A stretch of DNA of 64,000 bases, taken from assembly GCA_030390025.1 (NCBI GenBank), contig JASTWF010000034.1, forward strand, positions 4,588,001-4,652,000. The letters are read 5' to 3'. How positions within the stretch are numbered: position 1 is the first letter of the stretch; every line of letters starts with the position of its first letter. Made by a program: the position numbers and the translations under genes. The stretch comes from Squalus acanthias (lineage: Eukaryota). The notes under the pieces are model-generated. The model was given only the letters and a program-made list of their open reading frames with translations. It made no database searches and was not told the origin of the DNA. Positions 50,428-62,035 of the stretch are shown in pieces.

Positions 50428-53400
50428 GGCTGAAGGGAGTTATACATTGGAGATCCCCAGGGTTTAGAACAGGGGGCTGGATTAGGCAAACACTGGACAT
50501 AACCACGACGCTGTACTGGGGGCTGGCAAGCGGCATACAGTGGATTTCCCCTGTGATCAGTACTGTAGGCTGAAGGGAGGTATACATTGGAGATCCCCAG
50601 GGTTGAGGACAGGGGGCTGGAGTAGACAAACACTGGACATAACCACGATGCTGTACTGGGTGCTGGAAAGAGGCATACAGTGGATTTCCCCTGTGATCAG
50701 TACTGTACGCTGAAGGGAGCTATACAGTGGAGTTCCCCAGGGTCCAGTACTGTGGTCTGGGGGGAGGTATACAGTGGAGTTCCCCAGGGTCCAGTACTGT
50801 GGTCTGGGGGGAGGTATACAGTGGATTTCCCCAGGGTTCAGTAGCAGGGACTGGAGAGTGGTATATAGTGGAGTTCCCCAGGGTTCAGTACTGGGGTCTG
50901 GAGAGAGGTGTACAGTGGAGTTCCCCACAGTTCAGTACTGGGGGCTCGAGCGAGGTATACAGTGGAGTTCCCCAGGGCTCAGTACAGGTGTCTGGGGGGA
51001 GGTATACAGTGGAGCTCCGCAGGGTTTAGTACTGGGGGCTGGAAGGAGGTATGCAGTGGAGCTCCCCAGGGTTAAGTGGCAGGGGCTGGAGGGGGTTTAC
51101 AGTGGAGTTCCCCAGGGTTCAGTACTGGGGTCTGGAGGGAGGTATACAGTGGAGTTCCCCAGGTTTCAGTACTGGTGTCTGGGGGGAGGTATACAGTGGA
51201 GTTCCCCAATGTTGAGCACTGGTATTTGGAGGGAAGTATACAGTGTAGAACCCCAGGTTTGAGTACTGGGCTCTGGAGGGATGTTATACAGTGGAGTTCC
51301 GCAGGGTTCAAGACTGGGGTCTGGAGGGAGGTTTGCAGGTCGATTACCCCGGGTTCAGTACTGGGGTCTGGAGGGAGGTATACAGTGGAGATCCCCAGGG
51401 TTCAGTACTGGGGTCTGGAGGGAGGTATACAGTGGAGATCCCCAGGGTTCAGTACTGGGGGCTGGAGGGAGGGATACAGTGCAGTTCCGCAGTATTCAGT
51501 ACTGGGTGCTGGAGGGAGGTATACAGTGGAGTTCCCCAGGGTTTAGTACTGGGGTCTGGAGGGAGGTATACAGTGGAGTTCCCCAGAGTTCAGTACTGGG
51601 GTCTGGAGGGAGGTATACAGTGGAGTTCCCCTGGGTTCAGTACTGGGGTCTGGAGGGAGGTATACAGTGGAGTTCCCCAGGGTTCAGTACTGGGGTCTGG
51701 AGGGAGGTATACAGTGGAGTTCCCCAGGGTTCAGTACTGGGGTCTGGAGGGAGGTATACAGTGGAGTTCCCCAGGGTTCACTACTGGGGTCTGGAGGGAG
51801 TTATACAGTGGAGTTCCCCAGGGTTCAGTACTGGGGTCTGGAGGGAGGTATACAATGGAGTCCCCCAGGGATCAGTACTGGGGGCTGGAGGGAGGTATAC
51901 AGTGGAGTTCCCCAAGGTTCAGTACTGGGGTCTGGACGTCGGTATACAGGGCGATTCCACAGGGTTCAGTACTGGGCGCTGGAGAGAGGTACACAGTGGA
52001 GATCCCCAGGGTTCAGTACTGAGTGGTTGGAGAGAGGTATACAGTGCTGTTCCCCAGGGTACAGTATTGGGAGGCTGGTGAGAGGTATACAATGGAGTTC
52101 CCCAGGGTTCGGTACTGTGGGACTGGAGGGAGGTATACAGTGGATTTCCCCGGGGTTCAGTAGCAGGGTCTGAGAGTAGGTATACAGTGGAGTTCCCCAG
52201 GGTTCAGCAAAGGGGTCTGGAGGGTGGTGTACAGGACGATTCCCCAGGGTTCAGTTCTGGGCGCTGGAGGGAGGTTTCCAGTGGAGTTCCCCAGGGTTAA
52301 GTACTGGAGTCTGGGGGATGTATACAGAGGAGTTCCTCAGGGTTCATACCTGGTGGCTGGTGGGAGGTATACAGTGGAGTCCACCAGGGTTCAGTACTGG
52401 GGTATGGAAGGAGGTATAAAGTTGAGTTCCCCCAGTGAACAGTACTGGGGACTGGAGGAAGGTGCACAGTTAAGTTCCCCAGGGTTCAGTACCGGGGTCT
52501 GGAGAGAGGTGTACAGTGGAGTTCCCCACAGTTCAGTACTGGGGACTCAAGCGAGGTATACAGTGGAGTCCCCCAGGGCTCAGTACCGGGGTCTGGAGAG
52601 CTGTGTACAGTGGTGTTCCCCACAGTTCAGTACTGGGGACTGGAGTGATGCATACAGTGGAGATCCCCAGTGATCAGTACCGGGATCTGGAGAGAGGTGT
52701 ACAGTGGAGTTCCCCACAGTTCAGTACTGGGGACTCAAGCGAGGTATACTGTCGAGTTCCGCAGTATTCGGTTTTGGGGGCTGGAGGTAGGTATGCAGAG
52801 GAGTTCCCCAGGGTTGAGTGGCAGGGGCTGCAGGGGGATTACAACGGAGTTCCCCAGGGTTCAGTATTGGATTGGAAGCGAGGTATGCAGCGGAGTTCCC
52901 CAGGGTTCAGTACTGGCGGCTGGAGGGAGGTATACAGTGGAGTTCCCCAGGGTTCAGTACTGGGGTCCGGGGGTAGGTATACAGTGTAGATGCCCAGGGT
53001 TCTGTCCTGTGGGCTGGAGAGAGGTACACAGTGGAGTGCCCCAGGAATCAGCACTGATATCTGGGGGAAGGTATACATTGGAGATCCCCAAGGTTCAGTG
53101 CTGGGTTCTGGAGGGAGGTATACTGGACGATTCCCCAGGGTTCAGTACAGAGCGCTGGAGGGAGGTATACAGTGGAGTTCCCCAGGGTTCAGTAGCAGGT
53201 GCTGGAGGGAGGTATACGGTGGAGTTCCCCAGAGTTCAGTCCTGGTGTCTGGAGGGAGGTATACACTGGAGTTTCCGAGGGTTCGGAACTAGGGTCTGGA
53301 GGGAGGTATACAGTGTTATTCCCCTGGGTTCAGTACTGGGGTCTGGGGGAATGTATACAGTGTAGATCCCCAGGGTTCAGTACTGTGGGCTGGAGAGTGG

Positions 53401-54146
53401 TACACAGTGGAGTTCCCCTGGGTTCAGTACTGGGGGGTTGGATGGAGCAATACAGTGGATTTCCCCAGGGTTCAGTTGCAGGGGCTGGAGGGAGGTATAC
53501 AGGGTAGTTCCCCAGGGTTCAGTACTGTGGGCTGCAGGGAGATATACAGTGCTGTTCCAAAGGGTTCAGTATTGGGGCGCTGGAGGGAGGTATACAGTGC
53601 AGATCCGCAGGGTTCAGTACTGGGGTCTGGAGCGAGGTATACAGTGGAGTTCCCCAGGGTTCAGTCCTGGTGTCTGGGGGGATGTATACAGTGGAGTTCC
53701 CCAGGGTACAGTACTAGGGGCTGGAGGGAGGTATACAGTGGAGTTCCCCAGGGTTCAGTACTGGGGGCTGGAGGGAGGTATACAGTGGAGTTCCGCAGGG
53801 TTCAGTACTGGGGTCTGGAGGGAGGTATGCAGTGGAGTTCCCCAGGGTGCAGTACTGGTGTCTGGAGTGAGGTATACAGTGGAGTTCCACAGGGTTCCGT
53901 ACTGGGAGCTCGAGGAAGGTATACAGTTGAGTTCCCCAGGGTTCAGTACTGAGATCTGGAGAGAGGAATACAGTGGAGTTCTCCAGTGTTTAGTACTGGG
54001 GTCTGGAGGGAGGTATACAGCGCAATTCCCCAGGGTTCAGTACTGGGGTCTGGAGGGAGGTATACAGTGCAGTTCCCCAGGGTTCAGTACTGGGGTCTGG
54101 AGGGAGGTATACAGTGGAGTTCCCCATGGTTCAGTACTGGGGGAGG
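50428..54146 (+). repeat. Satellite, 47-bp unit (ggagggaggtatacagtggagttccccagggttcagtactggggtct), ~79 copies, derived from the CR1 RT coding motif
   Basis: Unit translates to WREVYSGVPQGSVLG, matching WRKVHSGVPQGSVLG in the CR1 at 31140-31190. Confidence 0.93.
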
Positions 54147-54229
54147 GCGGAGACATAAATGTTATAGTTATAGTCATACATTTCCATTACTGATTGATGT
54201 TATTTATTATTTATTTCTAATAGCAATTT

Positions 54230-54662
54230 AATGGGCATATAATTGGCAAATGCAATTGAACACAGATAAATCTGAGATATTACATTTTGGGAAGAAAAAG
54301 AGAGAGGTCACATATTACTTTGAAAATAAGAATCTAAATGGGGCAGAGGAGCAAAGGGATCTCGGAGCACAAATACACAAATCACTGAAAGTAGCGACAC
54401 AGGTTAATAAAGTCAGAAAAAGCAAACCAATCACTCGGGTTTATTTCTGGAGGGGTAGAATTGAAAATTAGTGAATTTATGCTAAACGTGTATCGAACCT
54501 TGTTTAGATCACACTTGGAGTGCTGCGTACAATTCTGGTCGCTATATTCTAAAAAGGATATAGAGGCACTGGAGAGGGTGCAGAGAAGATTTACATGGAT
54601 AATACCAGAAAAGCTAGGTATACATATTAGGAATGGATGGACAGGCTTGCTCTCCTTTCTCT
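54230..54662 (+). mobile_element. CR1 ORF2 C-terminal fragment
   Basis: WQMQLNTDKSEILHFG...RDLG...HLECCVQFWS. Confidence 0.85.
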
Positions 54663-54664
54663 TA

Positions 54665-56878
54665 ATAAGAACATAAGAACATAAGAAATAGGCGCAGGAG
54701 TAGGCCAATTGGCCCCTCGAGCCTTCTCCGCCATTCAATAAGATCATGGCTGATCTGATCCCAACCGCCAATCTACTATCACAGAACCATATCCTGAACC
54801 TAACAGAATTGGACACACGAAATAGGAGCAGAATCAGGCTACACGGCCCCTGGGTCCGCTACGCTACCACAGGGCCATGACCGATCCGAACCTAGACTCA
54901 TGTCCAAATTCCTGCCCGCTCCCCGTAACCCTTAATTCCCTTTACTTCTAGGAAACTGTCTATTTCTGTTTTAAATTTATGTAATGATGTAGCTTCTACA
55001 GCTTTTTGACGCAGCATATTCCATGGACCTACCACCCTCTGAGTGAAACGGTTTCTTCTCATCTCAGTTTTGAAAGAGCAGCCCCTTATTCTAAGATTAT
55101 GCCCCCAAGTTCTAGTTTCACCCATCATCGGGAACATCCTCCCCGCATCCACCCGATCCAACCCCTTCACAGTCGTATATGTTTCAATAAGATCGCCTCT
55201 CATCCTTCTGAACTCCAATGAGTAGAGTCCCAATCTACCCAACCTCTCCTCATATGTCCATCCCCTCATCCCCGGGATTAACCGAGTGAACCTTCTTTGT
55301 ACTGACTCGAGAGCAAGTATGTCTTTTCTTAAGTAGGGACACCAAAACGGTATGCAGTATTCCAGGTGCGGTCTCACCAATACCTTGCACAACTTAAGCA
55401 ATACCTCCCTATTGTTATAATCTATCCCCCTAGCAATAAAAGCCAACATTCCGTTGGCCTTCTTAATCACTTGCTGCACCTGCATACTAACCTTTTGAGT
55501 TTCGTGCACCAGGACCCCCAGATCCCTTTGTACTTCAGTACTTTCCAGTTTCTTGCCATTTAGATAATAACTTGCTCGACTATTTTTCCTGCCAAAGTGC
55601 ATAACCTCACACTTTCCAGTATTGTATTCCATCTGCCAAATCTCTGCCCGCTTACTTAGCCTGTCTTTGTCCCCTTGCAGATTCTTTATGTCCTCGTCAC
55701 TCACTACTTTCCCTCCCATCTTAGTATCATCTGCAAACTTTGATGTGTTACACTCGGTCCCCTCCGCCAAATCGTTAATATGGATTGTAAAGAGTTGGGG
55801 ACCCAGCACTGACCCCTGCAGGGGTCAGTGCTGGGTCACCAACTCTTTACAACTCTCTGCCTTCTGTTAGATAGCCAATCCTCTATCCATGCCAGAATAT
55901 TACCCCCAATCCCATGATTTTTTATCTTAAGCAATAATCTTTTGTGTGGCACCTTGTCAAATGCCTTTTGGAAGTTTAAATACACTACGTCCACTGGTTC
56001 CCCTTTATCCACCCTGTATGTTACTTCTCAAAGAACTCAAGCAAGTTTGTCAAACATGACTTCCCCTTCATAAAACCATGCTGACTTTGTCCTATTAAAT
56101 TATGATTATCCAAATGTCCCGTTACTGTATCCTTAATAATGGACACCAACATTTTACCCGCCACATATGTTAGGCTAACCGGTCTATAGTTTCAAGCCTT
56201 TTGTCTACTGCCCTTTTTAAATAAGGGTGTTACATTAGCAGTTTTCCAGTCTGCCGGGATCTTTGCTGAGTCCAGGGAGTTTTGGAAAATTATTACCAAT
56301 GCATCCACAGTCCCTACCGCCACTTCCCTCAAGACCCTTGGATGTAAGCCATCCGGTCCAGGTGATTTATTCGCCTTGAGTCCCATTATTTTACCGAGTA
56401 CCATTTCCTTAATGATTTTGATCGTATTTAGCTCCTCCCCCCCGAAAGACCCCTGTTTGTCCAGTGTTGGGATATTCTTAGTGTCCTCTACTGTAAAGAC
56501 TGATACAAAATATTCATTCAGTGTATTTGCCATCTCCATATTTCCCACCATTAATTTCCCGGTCTCATCCTCTAAGGGACCAACATTTACTTTAGCCACC
56601 CGTTTTCTTTTTATATAACTATAAAAACTCTAACTATCTATTTTTATATTTTTTGCTAATTTACTTACATAATCTATCTTCCCTTTCTTAATCAATCTTT
56701 TTGTTATCTTTCCTTTCTTGTAAAGTTTTTTCCAATCCTCTATCCTCCCGCTAGATTTGGCTACCTTAAAATCCCTTGTTTTTTGTCGAATACTTTCCTT
56801 AATTTCTTTACTTAGCCACGGATGACTGTCTTTTCTTTTACATCCTTTTATTCTCAGTGGAATATACATTTTTTGGAA
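54665..56878 (-). mobile_element. CR1 LINE 3' half, plus a second stacked 3' stub at 54665-54800
   Basis: ORFs 54898-55809 and 56192-56599 with RT motifs. Confidence 0.92.
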
Positions 56879-56879
56879 G

Positions 56880-57278
56880 TCTGAGGACTGAGGGGAGCCC
56901 TGATAAAGCTCTTTAAAATGAGGAAAGATTTTGATGGAGTAGATAGAGACAGAGTGTTTCCACTTGTGGGGAAGAGCAAAATTAGAGGCCATCAATATTA
57001 GATAGTCACCAAGAAATCAATAAGGGAATTCAGAAGAAACCTCTTTACCCAGAGAGTGGTGAGAATGTGGAACTCGCTACCACAGGGAGTGGTTGAAGCG
57101 AATAGTATTGATGCATTTAAGGGTCAGTTAGATAAGCATATGTGGGAGAAGGGAATAGAGGGTTACGCTGATAGAATTAGATGAGGTAAGACGGGAGGAG
57201 GCTCGAGTGGAGCATAAACGCTGGCATGGAGTGGTTGGGCCGAATGGCCTGGTTCTGTGCTGTATACCCCATGTAATC
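56880..57278 (+). mobile_element. CR1 3' fragment
   Basis: FTQRVVRMWNSLP and gggccgaatggcc tail. Confidence 0.8.
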
Positions 57279-57569
57279 GTCTGTTACAGAGTGAACCTCT
57301 CATCAAATACCTCCACGGCAGGTACAGCACGGGTTAGATACAAAGTAAAGCTCCCTCTACACTTCCCCACCAAACATTCCCAGGGCAGGGACAGCACGGG
57401 TTAGGTACAGAGTAAAGTTCCCTCCAATTTGGTTCATCAACACAACCAACTGTGATACATCATGTGTTCAATGCAGCGTACAGCTCCCTTGACACTACCC
57501 AATGAAGCACAACCAGCTCGGGTACAGCATGGGGTCAATACAGAATAAAGATCCAAGAGGCAGGGCAAT

Positions 57570-60500
57570 ATCAGGAAGGTAGTGCAGGAGTCGTCTCCCT
57601 CCAAAACAGATATACCGTTTTGGATTCTGTTGGGGGAAATGACCTACCAGGGGAAGGCACCAGCAGCCAGGTTCATGGCACCATGGCTGGCTCTGCTGCA
57701 CAGCAGGGCGGGAAAAAGTGTGGTAGAGCTATAGTGATAGGGGACTCAATTGTAAGGGGAATAGACAGGAGTTTCTGTGGCCGCAACCGAGATTGCAGGA
57801 TGGTATGTTGCCTCCCTGGTGCAAGGGTCAAGGATGTCTCGGAGCGGCTGCAGAACATTCTGGAAAGGGAGAGTGAAGAGCCAGCTGTCGTGGTGCATGT
57901 AGGTACCAACGATATAGGTAAAAAGCGGGAAGAGGTTCTGCAAGCAGAATTTCGGGAGCTAGGAGCTAAATTGAAAAGTAGGACCTCAAAGGTAGTAATC
58001 TCTGGGTTGCTACCAGTGCCACGTGCTAATCATAGCAGCATGAACAGGACAGCGAGATTAAATACGTGGCTTGAGCAGGGGTGCAGGAGGGAGGGATTCA
58101 AATACCTGAGGCATTGGAACCAGTTCTGGGGGAAGTGGGACCTGTACAAAAGGGACGGTCTGCACTTGGGCAGGACTGGAACCGATGTCCTCGGGGTCAT
58201 ATTTGCTAAGGCAGTTCGGGAGGATTTAAACTAATATGGCAGGGGAATGGGAACCTATGTAGCGAAACAGGGGGAAGTACTATGCAGTCAGAAACAAATG
58301 TTAGAAGGGTGAGAAACAATAAGGGTAATCAGAGTAAACAAAGGCAAGAAACACAAAGGGCCATACTAAATCATAAGTCTAAAAGGACAAAGGGTGTTAA
58401 TAAAACAAGCCTAAAGGCTCTGTGTCTTAATGCAAGGAGTATTCGTAATAAGATGGATGAATTGACTGTGCAAATTGAAGTTAACGGATATGATGTGATT
58501 ACAGAGACCTGGCTCCAGAACAATCAAGGCTGGGAACTGAATATCAAGGGGTATTCAACATTCAGGAAAGATAGAATAAAAGGAAAAGGGGGTGGGGTAG
58601 CATTGCTGGTTAAAAAGGAGATTAATGCAACAGCTAGGAAGGACATTAGCTTGGAGGATGTGGAATCAATATGGGTTGAGCTGCAGAACACCAAAGGGCA
58701 GAAAACGTTAGTGGGGGTTGTGTACAGACCTCCAAACAGAAGTAGTGAGGTGGGGGAGAGAATGAAACAGGAAATCAGAGCTGCATGCAAAAAAGGCGCA
58801 GCAATTATCATGGGTGACTTTAATATGCATATAGATTGGGCTACTCAAACTGGAAGCAATACGGTGGAGGAGGATTTCCTGGAGTGTTTAAGGGATGGTT
58901 TCCTAAACCAATATGTTGAGGAACCAACTAGAGGGGAGGCCATCCTAGACTGGGTGTTGTGTAATGAGGAAGGACTCATCATCAATCTTGTGGTACGAGG
59001 CCCCTTGGGGAAGAGTGACCATAGTATGGTGGAGTTCTACATTAAGATGGAGAAGGAAACAGTTAATTCAGAGACCATGGTCCAGAACATAAATAAGGAC
59101 AACTTTGAGGGTATGAGGCGTGAATCGGCGAGGTTAGATTGGCAAGCGATATCTAAGGGGTTATCAGTGGAAGGGCAATGGCAGACATTTAGAGATCGCA
59201 TGGATGAGCTACAGCAATTGTACATCCCTGTCTGGGGTAAAAATAAAAAGGGAAGGTGGCTCAACCATGGCTAACAAGGGAAATCAGGGATAGTATTAAA
59301 AGCAAGGAAGTGGCATACAAATTGGCCAGAAGTAGCAACAAACCCGGGGACAGGGAGAACTTTAAAACTCAGCAGAGGAGGACAAAGGGTTTGATTAGGG
59401 CAGGGAAAATAAAATATGAAAGGAAGCTTGCGGAGAACATTAAAACGGACTGCAAAAGCTTCTATAAATATGTAAAAAGTGGTTAGTAAAAACAAACGTA
59501 GGTCCCCTGCAGTCAGAAACAGGGGAAGTCATAATGGGGAACAAAGAAATGGCTGATCAATTGAACAAGTACTTTGGTTCGGTGTTTACTGTGGAGGACA
59601 CAAACAACCTTCCGGAAATAAAAGAGATCAAAGGATCTGGTAAGAGGGAGGAGCTGAGGGAAATCCTTATCAGTCGGGAAAAGGTGTTGGGGAAATTGAT
59701 GGGACTGAAGGCTGATAAATCCCCAGGGCCTGATGGTCTGCATCCCAGAGTACTTAAGGAGGTGGCCTTGGAAATAGTGGATGCATTGACGATCATTTTC
59801 CAACATTCCTTAGAATCTGGATCAGTTCAGAAGGAGTGGAGGGTGGCTAATGTAACCCCTATTTTTAAAAAAGGATGGTGGGAGAAAGCAGGGAATTATA
59901 GACCGATCAGCCTGACATCGGTGGTGGGTAAAATGATGGAATCAATTATTAAAGATGTCATAACAGACCATTTGGAAAGTGGCGACATGATAGGTCCAAG
60001 TAAGCATGGATTTGTGAAAGGTAAATCATGCTTGACAAATCTTCTGGAATTTTTTGAGGATGTTTCCAATAGGGTGGACGGGGGGGGGGTGGAATCAGTA
60101 GATGTGGTGTATTTGGACTTTCAGAAGGCCTTCGACAAGGTCCCACACAAGAGATTGGTGTGCAAAGTTAAAGCACATGGGATTGGGGGTAATGTGTTGA
60201 CGTGTATTGAGAACTGGTTGGCACACAGGAAACAAAGAGTAGGAGTAAATGGGTACGTTTCAGAATGGCAGGCAGTGACCAGCGGGGTACTGCAGGATTC
60301 GGTGCTGGGGCCCCAGCTGTTTACATTATATATTAATGATTTGGACGAAGGGATTAATTGTAATATCTCCAAATTTGCGGATGACACTAAATTGGGAGGC
60401 AGTGTGAACAATGAGGAGGATGCTAGGAGGCTACAGAGTGACTTGGACAGGTTGGGTGAATGGGCAAATGTATGGCAGATGAAGTACAATATGGATAAAT

Positions 60501-61322
60501 GTGAGGTTATCCACTTTGGTGGTAAAAATAGGGAGGCAGACTATTACCTGAATGGTGGCAAATTAGGGAAAGGGGAGGTGCAACGAGACCTGGGCGTCAT
60601 GGTACATCAGTCACTGAAGGTGGGAATGCAAGTGCAGCAGGCAGTCAAGAAAGCAAATGGCATGATGGCCTTCATAGCAAGGGGATTTGAGTACAGGAGT
60701 AGGGAGGTGATGCTGCAGTTGTACAGGGCCTTGGTGAGGCCACACCTGGAGTATTGTGCGCAGTTTTGGTCTCCTAACTTGAGGAAGGACATTCTTGCTA
60801 TTGAGGGAGTGCAACGAAGGTTCACTAGATTGATTCCTGGGATGGCGAGACTGACATATCAAGAAAGACTGGATCAACTGAACTTATATCCTCTGGAGTT
60901 CAGAAGAATGAGGGGGGATCTTAAAGAGACGTTTAAAATCCTGACTGGTTTAGACAAATTAAATGCGGGCAGAAGGTTTCCAATGTTAGGGAAACTAAAT
61001 CCAGGAGTCAGAGTCAAAGGATAAAGGGGAAGCGATTTAAGACTGAGATGAGGAGGAACTTCTTCACCCAGAGAGTGGTGAATCTGTGGCATTCACTACC
61101 ACAGAAGGTTGTTGAGGCCAGTTCGCTAAATATATTCAAAAGGGAGTTAGATATAATACTCACAACTAGGGGGATCAAGGGGTATGGCGAGAAAGTAGGA
61201 ATGGGGTACTGAGGTAGCATGTTCAGCCATGAACGCATTAAATGGCGGTGCAGGCTCGAAGGACCGAATGGTCTACTCCTGTACCTATTTTCTATGTTTC
61301 TATGTTTCTATGTTTCTACATG
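57570..61322 (+). mobile_element. CR1 LINE: ORF1 esterase (57620-58234) and ORF2 APE+RT broken by frameshifts; (tttctatg)n tail
   Basis: GDSIV/GTND/DGLH; NARSIRNK, ITETW, GDFN, SDH; 496-aa RT segment at 59534-61024; frameshifts near 59260, 59480 and 61000. Confidence 0.95.
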
Positions 61323-61455
61323 TAAGTGTCAAACACTCCCGGGTGAGCTACGGGCAAGGTTTATCTCCGAGTTAATCTCCGCTCAACATGACACATCAAA
61401 GGCCGAGCCTGATGGCAGATGTTGAACAGCTCCCAGTATCTGGTTAGATTCTCAC

Positions 61456-61672
61456 CTTGGCAGAATCCTGGACTGATGGAATTCTCAGTAAAGCTACTCA
61501 CCTTTCCAATCATTGTTGAAGCTTCCCGTTTTATCCCGTCTCCGACACGGGGGATCTCGATCCCACCAGATCTGCTCTGTGAAACCAGAGACATTTCTCC
61601 AGTCCCAGTCAGTGAGGCGATGATTCGACTTCTCTCTCTCCACCTTCCTGAGATATTGCTCACTCCCAGAGA
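61456..61672 (-). other. Exon-like unique segment with splice signals (gene unidentified)
   Basis: Acceptor tttttctattgacAG at ~61673; donors AAG|GTGAGT (~61501) and AAG|GTGAGA (~61455); non-repetitive. Confidence 0.3.
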
Positions 61673-62035
61673 CTGTCAATAGAAAAATGATTCATATTAA
61701 TCCCAGATCCAGTATATGGAATACAGTGGGGCTGTTTTTGTGACTGGGATTGTATCTAATTTCATTATATTTGCAATTAATGTGTATTTGAATTACTTAC
61801 ATTAATATTAAATTGTTCCTTTCACCCCTTGGCCTGTTTATTGGAACGAAGCTCACCCCCAGTGTCAGCTGTCACTCCAGCTCCTCCCACACTGACATCC
61901 CACTGATGGGTCGTAACCAGGGGCGGGGCCCTGTTTCCAAGTGACATCACACAGGAGCAGGGAGCCAATCAATCAAAGAGCAGCCTGGAAAAATGTTAAA
62001 GCGGCCAAGCCCCTCCCAATCCCCCTGGGGCAGGT

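Noticed and set aside
49666..50573. Ser/Pro/Leu-rich ORFs
   Set aside because: Translations of a CT-rich tract and the 16-bp tandem repeat
50384..54231. Long ORFs with repeated SGVPQGSVLG as a novel repeat protein or RT
   Set aside because: Frame-cycling of a 47-bp unit; no catalytic YADD/FADD motif; scattered stops
57620..61210. Active CR1, or host esterase/RT genes (also 38829-39776); retron- or DGR-like system
   Set aside because: These are standard CR1 ORF1 and ORF2 pieces with frameshifts; nothing resembling template/variable repeats or msr-msd
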